From the NCBI GenBank assembly GCA_000708835.1, contig DF237695.1:1-37526 (forward strand): 37,526 bases of DNA, written 5' to 3'. Shown in pieces: positions 1 through 11,173 of the stretch (positions are counted from its first letter, which is position 1; the number at the start of each line of letters is the position of its first letter). A program made the translations under genes and the position numbers. The stretch comes from Klebsormidium nitens (Eukaryota; Plantae; Klebsormidiophyceae). Under the pieces are notes generated by a model that saw nothing but the letters and a program-made list of their open reading frames with translations, was not told where the DNA came from and did no database searches.

Positions 1-343
1 TTATACTCAGTATGGTCCAAACATCATGACTTATGATCGACAATGCATACGGCAATATGAGGTTTCCCTCATAATATCGAGAGACTGGGTTGGGGTTTCA
101 GGTGTGAGGTTGAACATATTCGCAACATAGTAACGTGGTCGAGGCTATATATTCTCGTGCAAGCGCGCGCCTCGCGCTGGAGCAACCCGCGGCCGCTTAA
201 GCAGGCCGGCAAAGCCCTGGCGCAGTGCGTGCGGTTGGTCGGTGCCAACCAGCAGTTCCTCTCTTCCTCCGGGTTTTCGGTAGTGATTTAACCCTAAACT
301 CGCAGGTGGCACTACTGTGGGTGGTCGCACCGATTTGAGTTTT

Positions 344-801
344 TGTGTCAACATATGAAAAAGGCAGCGTGTATCTGAAAAGTGAGGTTATGGAAGCTGG
401 TTCGAGGGGTTATAACATCTGATCGAGCTGTTTTGAAGTCGAGCTACCCGTTTCGTGGGTTGTTCTTTGTGCAACATCATTCCAAAGTAAGGATCGTATG
501 TCCAAGGAATCTAAAGCCTGCTCGGAATCATGTCGGAAAAACGAGGTAATTTCGAAGAGCGTTTATGATAACGCTTATTATCATAACCTAAACCTAAAGG
601 GTTTTGACGGCCAGATGTAAGGTGAGGGGAGGAAAAGGTGAATTTGGGATATCGCACTATTGGGGATGGATATTCCAGGGGAAGAATCTGCCCCCCTGGA
701 GGGCGGTTTTCATTGCTCGATTATCCTCAACCGGCCCCCCTGGAGGTCTGTTTTTTTCACGGAGTTCAGTGCACCTCTGCAAATGTGTTTTGACACGATG
801 C
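344..801. mobile_element. Probable degenerate non-autonomous TIR element (MITE-like), same family as 6414-7070
   Basis: 765-801 matches the reverse complement of 6414-6450 at 32/37 nt. A degraded left-end match lies at ~344-380 (gtgtcaacatatg...gcagcgtgtatctgaaa). No transposase ORF and no clear TSD. Confidence 0.4.
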
Positions 802-1112
802 CCAAAGATGGTTTCTTTCGGTATAGCCCAGAGGGAGCCCTGAGAGGGCAAAGCAAAAGTGTACATGTGATTGGACGGTTAAGATAAGGTTCGGAGTACA
901 AATGCACGCCTGGAGCCTGATTGCTGAGCTCGCACCGATAATGCAGTACCGTAGTCTACAGACTACCTACTACCGGTCGGAGTCGAGAGTCAGGACCACA
1001 TGCCCCGCGCAATGCGGACGGTTTGTTTGAAGGGTAATTGCTCGGCGCTCTCCGAGGCTCCACCTGGCACGCACGTCGATTGTTCGTCATTTTTATGTGG
1101 TCACCCGGACCG

Positions 1113-1135
1113 CACTGACACTGACACTGACACTG
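1113..1135 (+). repeat. (CACTGA)n hexamer microsatellite, ~3.8 units
   Basis: cactgacactgacactgacactg seen directly. Confidence 0.9.
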
Positions 1136-1325
1136 TTGTGAGCACTCCCGCTGTCGACAAGGGAGGACGGACGGTCTGGTCGTTCCGCTTGAGCGTGGCT
1201 GGCCCCTACTACTAGCTTACCACCACGAGACCAGCACTGTGCACACATCTCTGAACTTCAAAATTTGAAGGAGATTTCAAGAAACAAGCCAGCAGCTGGG
1301 CGGGTTCCTCTTTGGTTTATACACA

Positions 1326-4300
1326 ATGGCGTCTAATGCCAGCTTTGCGAAGTGGGCTGTTTTAATGCTGCTGTTAGCTAGCTTTGGAGGGGCGGCAGCG
1401 TTCAGCGTTAGCTATCTGCAGGGATGCGACAAGTCCAACAACATAACCCAGCTTTGGCTGAACAGCTCGCGCCTTAGTGGGCCTATTCCCCCTGAGATTG
1501 GCAAATGCACGGCGCTGCAGTCTCTCAGCCTGCGCAGCAATTTCAATTTGAATGGGTCCATTCCCCCAGAGATCGGCCAGCTGTCAAATCTGGTAACACT
1601 GGATTTGGGAAGCACCGGTCTCTCTGGGCCCATCCCAAAGGAAGTTGGCGATCTGGCTAGCCTCCAAACACTCAATGTGGCTTCCAGCCCTTTCTCGGGA
1701 CCCGTGCCATGGGACGCCCTGTGCGGTTTACCAAACCTTTCTTCGCTCTGGTTGAACTTCACTTATGTTGAGGGGCCCATCTCAGCGGGTATTGGCAAGT
1801 GTGCAGCACTACAAGGGCTCAGCTTGCGTGGCAGCTCTAAGGTGAACGGTTCCATTCCCAAGGAGATCGGCCAATTGACCAACCTGACAATTCTTGATTT
1901 GGGTAGCACGAACCTGACTGGGCCTATCCCGGGAGAGATAGGCGGGCTCGTTAGTCTTGGCTTGCTAAAGCTGGGTAACAGTAACTTCACTGCCCCAGTG
2001 CCCTGGGAAAGCTTGTGCCAGATGTCAAAGATTACTTTCCTGGATCTTGGCGGCAACTCAGAGCTCACTGGCCCATCGCCCCCTCCCTGTTTTTGAAACT
2101 TGACCGGGTTGCAAAACCTGTTGTTAAGCAACAGCCCAGTCTTCAATGGGACGGCGCTCCCTGTAGAGGTTTGCCAGTTGGTTAAGCTGCAAGTAGCGTA
2201 TATGGGTTCCACTAACTTGACGGGTGTGATTCCCGCTTGCGTGGGCAGCATTTCTGGGCTCCAAGAGTTGGCCCTGTTTAGTAACGCTTTAGTTGGGGGG
2301 ATCCCTCCCGAGCTTGGGTTGCTGCGTAACCTCTCTCTTCTGAGGCTTCGAGACAACCAGCTGACAGGAAACCTCCCTGAAGGGCTCAAGGGGTTATCTC
2401 AGCTAACCACATTGGACCTCAAAAACAACAATCTAAACGGCCCGCTGCCTGCTGAGGTGTTTGCGAACCTCCGTCAACTTGAAGAGTTGGACCTATCCAA
2501 CAACACTTTTACGGGGCCTATTCCCACCGAGATCGGCGCCAGCGGAGAAAACCTAACCGAGCTTGACCTAGCCCACAACAGCCTAAACGGAGTTATCCCC
2601 CCCGGTCTCGGTAATCTGGCCAACCTTACCCACCTTGACCTCAGTTACAACCGGCTGTCGGGGGCGCTTCCAGCTGAGCTGCGAGGCCTTCGACCGTCTA
2701 AACTGGAAGCAATCTATCTCTCCTTCAACAATTTGACCGGTGACGTCGCTCCAATCGGCCACCTTACCGGCCTGTCGGATATAACCCTCAACAACAACAA
2801 CTTCAGCGGGCCTATTCCCACTGGGTGGTTCAACAGTACCCAGCTCCAGGTTTCAAACCTCGCCTTCAACAGCTTCTCCGGACCCGTTCCCTTGGGGATT
2901 CGCAACATGGCACCCCCCGATCTCAGTGCCGTGCTGGCTTTGTTCTTTGCCGGGGCGCCCGCCTTTGTGCTCAGCATACTGGAGGAGGTTGCGGGGTCAA
3001 TCTTTATCGGGCTCAATTCCAACCGACTCTCCGGCAGCTTTCCGGACATCGGACGGCCAAACTACACTGCAGCGATCAACGTGTCCGACAACAATTTTTC
3101 GGGGACGTTTCGTGCAGGGCCCTTCAAGAAGAAGAATGTCACCGCGAGCTTCTTAGAGCTCATCAATAACGGCCCCCTGGACCTGATTCCCGGGTACAAC
3201 CTCAGCGGCTTGGAGCTGGTTTCCCTACCCAATATCTCCGGAACTGGTGCCCCCCTAATTGCGCCCCAAATGCGCGCGTTAAACGTAGCCGGCCGAGGGA
3301 TCCCCCCGACCGCCAAACTGGACCTGAGGCGAGTTCCTGCCACGTGCCCTTACGTCTCTTACGCCCAGCCTGAGGGTGGCGTCATCACTGACATCACTTT
3401 TTGGGACGCGTGCGAGAAATCTTTCGGATGCGTAGTGAACCTGATCGGGACCCGGGCCAAGCTGAGCCGCGCGACCCGGGAGAAGATCTGCCTCAGCAAG
3501 ATCTCGGTGTTTCTGGCGGGCGATTCGCCGGGCGTCCGGTTCTCGGTGGGGGGACCGGGTTCCGCGTTTCTGAACAACAGTCAGGGCAGCGTTTACTTCA
3601 ACGACTCTGCCTTTGTCGACCACCTCGATTTGGGCCCCGGGGGCGTTGCTTACACCGGCGTCGGCTTTGCGCGCGTGCAAGAAGGGAACCTGTGCCGGAA
3701 CGAGGGGGCCTCGGGAGTGGTGGGCATAACCTATGGCGTCTTCGCAGCGCTTATCCTGGTCAGCGCAGCCGCGTGGTGGGCTGTCCGTGCGACAGGTGTC
3801 CTCCAAAATATGGGCGGCAAGCCGACGCGGCCGCGCCTCGCGGCCGCGTTTGGCGTGGGGGCCTACCTCTGGGGCATCATCAGCGTTTTCCTGGCCTGGG
3901 CCGATCTCGTTTCGGACGTTTTGGTGGTTGTGGAGATCTGGCGGGTTTGGTCTACCTGGGTTGTTCTAACCTCGATCCTTGCACCGTTCGTGCTGAGTGC
4001 GTTGTGTGCTGGGCGCGTCCTTCTGGAGGACTCCAACCGCTGGTCGCCTTTCAAGGTGAGGAAGTTTTCACATCTCGTCAGAAGTTTTGCGGACGGTTCA
4101 ACGGTTTGGCACTTGGTTGTCCGCATACGTGTACGGCCTGCTGTGGGTCAAACAGAAAGTTCCCAGCGTAGGAGTTTAGTGTTGGACTAGGCAGTCAGAC
4201 ACGGTCGCTCAGGCTTCGAGGACCAATCAACTGCCGGAAGCACTTATGAGTGAAACTCTGTACAAGGGCCGGAAGTAACGGAAGTAGGTACTTCTGGAAG

Positions 4301-5456
4301 ACCTCCGTTTTTCGTTGGGGAGACATTTTCCTGTTTCCTCGAACTTATTTCCTGTTGGTCCGACTTTCTTTGGACGGCTGAATGGTTTACCACAAGCCTT
4401 GCCCTGTGGAAGGAAACAGAAGTGGTAGCCCAGGCTGTGTCCTATGGCTTCAGACGAAGCTGGCGCCTTCATCAGTGGAACTTTGACGCGTCCTGGGCAT
4501 TGTAGTACCAGTCTCTATAGAATCTGTCACTTTGGAAAGGTGCTTGCGAGTTGAATGTTTTGATTCAGAAGACCGTTTTAGGACCTAAAACTGAGACTTC
4601 GTGAGCAGCTTTGCCAGTGCGGACCGTGTGATCTTTCAAGCAAATCGTTTTGAGCTGTGACTAGACGAAGTATTTTCTTCGGTTCATGGTTTTCTTGGCG
4701 CAGCCGGAGTGCTTTGGGTTTTGCATCCAGGACTTTAGTCATGCGACCAAAGGTCAGGGCTTTTTGGTGTGAAAATTCAGAAGCGGGCCGTGAAGCTTCG
4801 CCGTCGAACCTGATAGACTTAACACCGCCAGATTGGAAACCCATCAGAAACGAGAAATCGTTTACCATGCCAAGGCGCCAGTTGGACTCAAGAACACTTA
4901 CTACTTCGACTTACAGGCTCGCCTCAAATGGATCCCTTTTTACAAGCTCCCCGAGCCGTCCGGTCCGCCGCCTCTGGGCGCCCTCCCTTGGTGGAAATAT
5001 GGCCTTATCCCGATCACACTTCCCGCCACCTTTGCTTACGTCATCGTTCTGGACTGCCTCGACCTGGTCGACAAAATCGGCGGTCACCTGCGGTTCGGCT
5101 TCGACGTTTACTCCCTCCACCACTATTCCCAGTTCCGGTCGCAACTGGACCTGGTATTGCGGTCGGTACCGCAAGCGGTCTTCCAGACCGCGCTCTACCT
5201 GCTGGGCAGCTCGCGCGCCACGCGCATTTACATCGACGAGCAGATTCTCCTGCGGTCTATCCTGCTGTCGCTGCTGAACGTACTGGTACAGTTCAATTTT
5301 CTCGTGCACGAGTGCCTCGTGACGCGCATCCCGGTGTGGTTAATCCTCCAGAGGCGCTTCGCCTCGCGCAACTGCCGCGCGACGCGCCTGCCCGATGCGG
5401 CCGCGGGCGACGAGGAGGCCAACGACAAGCTTTCGGAGAAGGTCGGCGAGCTGTAG
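1326..5456 (+). CDS. LRR receptor-like multi-pass membrane protein (signal peptide + plant-type LRRs + ~6 TM helices); exons 1326-4055 and 4917-5456; in-frame TGA at 2094-2096, so possibly a recent pseudogene
   Basis: ORFs 1326-2096 and 2100-4190 share a frame and read ...GPSPPPCF*NLTGLQNLL... across the stop. N-terminus is hydrophobic (WAVLMLLLASFGGAAA). Many LxxLxxLxLxxNxLxGxIP repeats. Donor AAG|GTGAG at 4055/4056 and acceptor TTACAG|GCT at 4916/4917 are both phase 0, joining RWSPFK|ARLKWIP. 1089 codons if the TGA is read through. Confidence 0.85.
4056..4916 (+). other. GT-AG intron (861 nt) of the LRR gene
   Basis: Consensus donor and acceptor, phase-compatible, and the TM-domain sequence continues across it. 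An extra internal exon cannot be excluded. Confidence 0.75.
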
Positions 5457-6413
5457 ACTTCAGGGCTCAACCCGAGGCCCCGGCCGTTCGTTTGCAGTGA
5501 TTTATACGTCATAGCGGACAGATTCAAAAGCAGCGATAGTGCCTGAACGGAACGTTTAAGTGCCAGTGCACCCGGGGTGGAGACAAGCAACAAAAAAAGC
5601 TACATATATATAAATGCAGACTATGCTGACTGAAGGAATTGCGTGCCGGAGAGGTCTCCTCACGAATGCTGCCGGCATGGCTTCTTTCAAGGTAGCCAAT
5701 GTCGTCTTGACCGTATTCTTCTCCATTCACGTCATTTATTGTGAACCTGCATTGAAACAGTCGAGCACGGGCCAACGGTTTCGATCCTGTTGACCTGCAT
5801 GGAGGGCCACGAAATAAAGTCTGCGCCACGAACTGTATCTATTGACGCCAACATGCATCACGGGGAGGTGACCGTCGGCATATGCATGGATGAGGCGCAC
5901 CATCTGCTTGAGCGACACGTGCGCAACAAGATACTACTCGATTGTACGAGTACGCGGCGCCCCGAAATTGGTTATAAAGAGGATTGCTTTTCAGAATCTA
6001 GTCAATGCCCCGTGCTTACATACACATGGCAAGTAACGTCACACAAAACAATATACCTACAAGCGGCTGCAAGCTGGCTGAGATGCACATGCAATTACGC
6101 GTGCATGCTTCAGGCCTCGCATCATAAACGTGACAAGTGATTAGTGCCGGCATCTCAGAGTACGTCAGGCTTACGTAAATCACACGCAATCCTGGGCAAG
6201 TGCAATGTTCTGAATCGCGTGATCTCAGACAACATTCGAGCGAAATTTAGAAAACGGTAAGAGGCCAAGATTATCTTAACGTTCTCGGCAGTACCCTAGT
6301 TGATGGACGTCGCGACCAGCTTCTGTTGCTAACGACGAGAGAACCGATCACAATGTTCGTTAGAGAGAAAACGAGATTAAGCATGGGTTTCAAAAAAACT
6401 TGACGGGCCATAT

Positions 6414-7070
6414 GCATCATGTCAAAACATATGTGCAGTGGTGTACTGAAAGAACTTCGGAAACAAAACCGGCTTCCTGCATGGGGGAGGTGGCTTAATG
6501 ATTGAGTATTCAGAACGGGCTTCGAGGGGGGGGGTGATTCGCCAGCAGAAAACAGCCACCACTAGACATAAACAACCCACCGACCTCCGTTCCCACCCCT
6601 TGGCATGGCAATTTCATCTCGAACCCGCTGCCTGGCCGTATCTCGTGTATGAAAGCGAGAATAACAGCTTGCCAAAAAGCTGCCAAAATGCTGCCAAATG
6701 CAAAGTGCTTTCTAGATACGACTAATTTGTCAATCTCAGTTCGCTGCGGATATTCGGACTTCGTTTCGTTTTCGAAGCCTCTGAAGGATGCTCTTTTGAC
6801 CGAAGAACACCAGCCTTAGTAAGACATAAGGGCTTGGTTCGACCTTGACGTATGGCCAAGATCTGTGGTGTCCAAAAGGCTTCACGTCACCTTGGTTAAA
6901 TCCGGCCTCCCTAGCCCCACCCCCCGTAAGAGTCATAGGGTAAAAAAGCAGAACAGGCTTCCATACCCCCCCAAACGAACCCCAAAATTGCTCAAAATCG
7001 GCCTCCATGGCCCCCTCGAAAACCTGAAAGCCGGTGTTCAGTACACCACTGGAAAAGTGTTTGACACGAT
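6414..7070. mobile_element. MITE-like element (~660 bp) bounded by ~35-bp terminal inverted repeats
   Basis: 6416-6450 and 7037-7070 are inverted repeats (29/35 nt, including a perfect 15-mer ttcagtacaccactg). Interior is non-coding with G/C runs. A TA dinucleotide lies just outside both ends, but the TSD is uncertain. Confidence 0.6.
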
Positions 7071-7229
7071 TAATACGTACCTTCTCAGCTGTTGGCACAT
7101 CGCTGAGTTTTGCAAGCGAACCGCTCGCCTCAAACACATGGGTTGTAGCACGAGAGCTTCACGTTCTGCATATATATAGCTGTCCTCTCTTCAACAGCCT
7201 AACTAGGCAGTCAACAATACGCTACGGAG

Positions 7230-8193
7230 CTAAGCGTCTAAGCCGAGCGTCAAAAGGGCGTCAACTCTTCCCACAGCCTGGCCTTCGGCGAAATGGTCTC
7301 CCGGGAACTGGACCCGGAGACGGCCCCGCGACGAGAAACAGGTCGTTGCCGGCACGTCTGTTGTCCCACTGGATCTGACTTCAAATGAATTGACAACAAG
7401 AAAGTCCCCAAACCAGAGTTGAACGTCGGCGCCTGGGTTCTCGACTCTTGATACCTGGCACAATCCGAAAGACTGAATGGCGACTTTCTCAACATTAAGC
7501 GCCCCGATAATAATCTGACCGCCTGGACTGGTCGCTGGTCCACCCCAAAAACTTTCCCACGCGATCCCGAAAGCGTCACGCAACTTATGAACCGGAAAGA
7601 GTGGCTGAAGCTGCAGCAGGCTGACGTCAGGATCTAGGTTGGGATTCGCCGTGAGGCCCGTCGTGATGTGCTCGTCACGAACCCCCCAGAACACTAGCCG
7701 TCCATGCAGCCAAACAAACGTCAGCATGACGTCACTGCAGCAACAGGAGTCAAAATGAGTGCTGCGGTCCTCTCCACCCCGGGAATCCAGCTCAGCCCGC
7801 TGAATTTGTTCACCCCCGCTGTTTTTGAAACGCCGGAACTGGGTACAAACTGCTTGGAAAACGCGACGCATTAATCTGGTCTCAATCTTTGGCGCACAGT
7901 TTCGTTTCAGTGCTCGATAATACATCATGATTACCAGCTTCCTGTACCCACACAGCTCCTCTACCGTTGCATCTAGCTTTGCACTTTCATCTGGGCAGCA
8001 CTCTTCAAGCACTGCCACCCCTTCCTTTCCATTTGCCGGCCCGCAGAACGCTTCCCTCCAAATGTTGGGGTGCTGGGCGGCCGCGCAATGGACGGGCGCC
8101 TACAGCATACGTGGCGCGTATCAAAGAAGGCGGGTCCTGCCATGCCAGCTTCCGAAGGATGACCAGTATGACGTCAGCGGGAAGCCCCTCCAT
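7230..8193 (-). pseudogene. F-box-like gene A (minus member of pair 1), single +1 frameshift near 8100
   Basis: MEGLPADVILVILRKLAWQDP (8193) shifts frame at GTA-G-GCG (8103-8097) into APVHCAAAQHPNIWREAFCG...ESAKLDATVEELCGY...GRLVFWG, colinear with intact gene B. Confidence 0.85.
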
Positions 8194-8460
8194 GGGTGCT
8201 TTGGGAGAACCGTGCGCCCTTTCAAGCAGGGATTTCAGTAACTCTAAACTTTCAAGCCGGTGCTCGAGCGGGTCTCGAGTCGCTGCGCGGATCGACCGTG
8301 GTCTGAGGGTTTAGAGCACCACGCGCCTCACGCTTGGCCGCGCTCAAGAAACCCCGCGGCCGCGTAAACGGTGTTGCGCCAGAAGTACCCGATGTGCGAA
8401 TTTGACCGCGTGCCACATACTTTATTCAAAGGAATATTTTGGGTGCATATCGCGGCCGCG

Positions 8461-8484
8461 AGCGTACTAAGTACTTAGTACGCT
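8461..8484. repeat. Perfect 24-bp palindrome AGCGTACTAAGTACTTAGTACGCT
   Basis: Seen directly; immediately preceded by the 10-bp palindrome CGCGGCCGCG (8451-8460). Confidence 0.95.
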
Positions 8485-8510
8485 AGAAGAGGGCGGCTAT
8501 ATTGAAGACT

Positions 8511-8712
8511 ATGTCTGGCGACGTTGTCTGATCATCCTGCTTAAATTAGCGGTGCCTGGTCCGAGCGACGTTCGCCCGCGAGTCCTTTGTAGTCACGTCA
8601 GACGGCAGAGGAAGGCTTCGTTCTTTGGGAAGCAACACTGTTTCGTGACCAGACATAGAGCATGGTGATCGTGATGACCCTGGACAAATGTCGTTCCCTT
8701 GGTGGACGTATG
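8511..8712 (+). pseudogene. F-box-like remnant a' (plus member of pair 1)
   Basis: ggc gac gtt gt- ctg atc atc ctg ctt aaa tta gcg gtg = GDVV(fs)LIILLKLAV vs gene C GDVVLFILRKLAV; then KASFFGK (~8612-8632) and SLGG (~8695-8706). Confidence 0.65.
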
Positions 8713-9864
8713 AAAGCGGGGCGAAATTTGATAAATCAGAAAGCTAGCGGCTTTCCCATCGTGTTTAATTTCCGAGTCTTCTTGCTGCAAGAGGAGATAA
8801 AAGGATTCGAAGGAGTAAGGAAGAATAGCTCACGTAGAAATTTTGAAAGGACAGATACTAGCACTTGTGACTTGTACTTGCGATATTGTTATTTTGGAAG
8901 CTTGCTCAACAACACAAAAACGCTAGCCCGTCATCGTTGAAAGCCGGTGGTGAACGCTTCCGCTTGGCGTGTACGATTTCGCCCACTTCCTCAACGGAAA
9001 GCCTCTCTGGCCGTTCACCGAGTTTATCAAGATCACCGTTTGCGTACGATAAATTAGCCTTTTCATTCTTCATTCTTAGGACCTTTCGTTGATTTGGACG
9101 TCAATTCAAGCTAGCATTGCAGCTGCATGATTTTGTGAACCCGAGCGTCCGATTCTGCTTTCTGGCATGTAGTGACTCGTTCATGGTTTTTATAGTATGA
9201 TTACCATGCCCGATATCTGAGAGCTACTTTTATGAAGCATGGAAGACGGAACAAGTATCTGACTTGCTCTTCAGATAGAATCGTTCTTGCTTTCTTTTGG
9301 ACCGCAAGTGGTGAGGATGCTTCCGGCTCTGCCATTCGTATCCTTACCGTTGCCCTAGCCATGCTTATGCTAATGTTTCAATTGGGAGACCAGGTCATAG
9401 ACGACCTGGTTCAAGTTAATTATTATGGGCCGCTCATAAAAGCTCGACATCTTGTGCTCACATCCCTGCTGCGAAGCAGCTAGAGTAGATTACGTAGTAG
9501 GTATGACACCTCCCATACGACTCTGGGCACGTAAATCTTTTTCACTTTATGAACACATATAAAGACTGAGCGAATCCAGAAGAAACGGCGCTGAATCTAC
9601 TAGGCTTCCTAAGTCCAAACAAGGCTTAGAAGAATACCAGTGGCTGAACTATGGCAAATAGTAGCGACACGGAAAGAGGGGCTATGTTTTACATAAGCAA
9701 ACCGTTTACAATGATTGTCAAGGTGCGAACAGAAAGCCTCCAACTTTGCATGAAAATCGTCTTACGGCCCTCAATTCACTCGATCTCGGTTTTGCCCTGG
9801 CGCCGGGACCCGCCACGAGACCGCTTTTGCATTTCTCGTCCTCTTTGAATGCTCTAGACTTTAC

Positions 9865-10821
9865 TTAGGTCAAATATTCCAAGGAGCTGTCTTCGAAACC
9901 AAGCGACAAGCGGGCGGCAACGCCTTGCACAGCAAAACCGTTTCCGCAAATACAAAGCCAGCGCCACGAAACGAAAAAGTGTTCAGCCGTTGCTCTCAAC
10001 GTGCTCTGCTTCACGGATGATTCTTGGAATAGAAAATCTTTGGTACACCAGTAGCGAATATGAGGGCGCGGGTTCTTCTGAAGCTGTACTGGGCACGATT
10101 GAAAGTCGAAGACCTCGGCAATAAGAGCTCCAGGAGGAAAGAAGTGGTCAAGCGAGAATGTGCCAGTGTATTGTCTACTTTCAGACTTTTCCAAAGTGTG
10201 CTTTAAGGCACCGAGAATATGTCGGCCCGGGAAAAGCGGCTGCAGAGGGAGGCGGAAAAGACCACAAATGCGGTGGGCATGGGGCAGCGCGGGATTGTTG
10301 CTATCGCACAGTCCCCAAAATACAAGCCGTCCATCCAGCCAGACCAGAGTCAGCAAGGCTTTGCTGCAACAAAAGGGATCAAACGGAGCGCTGCAGTCGT
10401 GTCCTCCTGAGGAAACCCTCTCGCCGCTTTGCGGTGTTTGTTCAGAAGCGCTGGCCTCGAAATGCTCCAAGCGCGGGGCGCAAACCGCTGGAAAACATTG
10501 GCGTCCTCCGTTATTCTTGAAGACCGGAGCACTCTTCTCCAGCGCCGAGGAATACCGCGCTGTCACCATTACTCTGTATCCGCATAGCTCCTCAACTCTT
10601 GCGTCCAGCTTTGCGCTCTCTTCTGAACAGGGCTCCCCAAGCAATACCCATCCCTTTTCCACTTCCAGACCGTAGAAAGCTTCCTTCCAGACGTTTAGAT
10701 CTTCGGCGGCCGCGCGGTGAAAGGATGCTGAACAAAACGTGGCGCGCAGTAAAGCAAGCGGGTCTTGGGCCGCTAGCTTGTGAAGGATGATCAAAACAAC
10801 GTCAGCAGGGAGGCCCTCCAT
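9865..10821 (-). CDS. Intronless F-box-like protein B (318 aa), minus member of pair 2
   Basis: ATG at 10821, MEGLPADVVLIILHKLAAQDPLALLRAT (F-box-like LP..V...IL..L motif); uninterrupted ORF with family motifs WKEAF, KLD, GRLVFWG, LQP. Confidence 0.85.
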   Translation of the reverse strand: MEGLPADVVLIILHKLAAQDPLALLRATFCSASFHRAAAEDLNVWKEAFYGLEVEKGWVLLGEPCSEESAKLDARVEELCGYRVMVTARYSSALEKSAPVFKNNGGRQCFPAVCAPRLEHFEASASEQTPQSGERVSSGGHDCSAPFDPFCCSKALLTLVWLDGRLVFWGLCDSNNPALPHAHRICGLFRLPLQPLFPGRHILGALKHTLEKSESRQYTGTFSLDHFFPPGALIAEVFDFQSCPVQLQKNPRPHIRYWCTKDFLFQESSVKQSTLRATAEHFFVSWRWLCICGNGFAVQGVAARLSLGFEDSSLEYLT

Positions 10822-11150
10822 GGCAGCTCGGAGAATCGTGCAAATGCCTTCCCTTGGAAACGTGGGGAAGATGTTAGTATTACTGAGGCGCTCTTTCTGA
10901 TGGTCATGCAAGCAGCGCGCCGCTTTGTCCCGGGTCGCAGCCGCTTTCACTGCGCCCGACAGGGTTTCAGGTTTGGAGATCAAAAGCCGCATCCGCGGCC
11001 GCGGTTGCTGGAGCGCAGTCAGTGGCGCCCGGCCCGCGCAATCGCACGCGTCCGCGGCCTGGATCTTGTAGGGCCGCCTTGTGACGTACCAGCTCAGGAG
11101 CTTGGGTTACGTTGAAGGACAAATTCCGCTGAGCAGCACGAAATCGCGGC

Positions 11151-11173
11151 GCGGCCGCGGCCGCCAGACGCTC
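11151..11173 (+). promoter_or_regulatory. Conserved 23-bp upstream element GCGGCCGCGGCCGCCAGACGCTC (copy before gene C)
   Basis: Identical at 11151-11173, 13993-14015 and 16285-16307, 235-285 nt upstream of the ATGs of C, D and E. Confidence 0.55.

Noticed and set aside
285-600. Telomeric array (aaccctaaa ~291, aacctaaacctaaa ~585)
   Set aside because: Only one or two degenerate units; at most telobox-like motifs.
2094-2096. Selenocysteine or alternative genetic code at the LRR TGA
   Set aside because: The position corresponds to a structural Gly, no SECIS was recognised, and TGA acts as a normal stop in other genes here (e.g. C, D).
4056-4190. Tail of ORF 2100-4190 (VRKFSHL...VLD) as coding sequence
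   Set aside because: It begins exactly at a consensus donor, and the membrane domain resumes in phase at 4917; it is intron read-through.
4288-4306. Echo of the LRR exon 1 end inside its intron (cttctggaagacctcc vs cttctggaggactcc)
   Set aside because: Only ~15 nt and it does not extend; it cannot be distinguished from chance.
8461-8490. Helitron 3' end (hairpin + CTAG)
   Set aside because: CTAG overlaps the palindrome rather than lying ~10 nt downstream, it is not followed by T, and no matching 5' TC end was identified.
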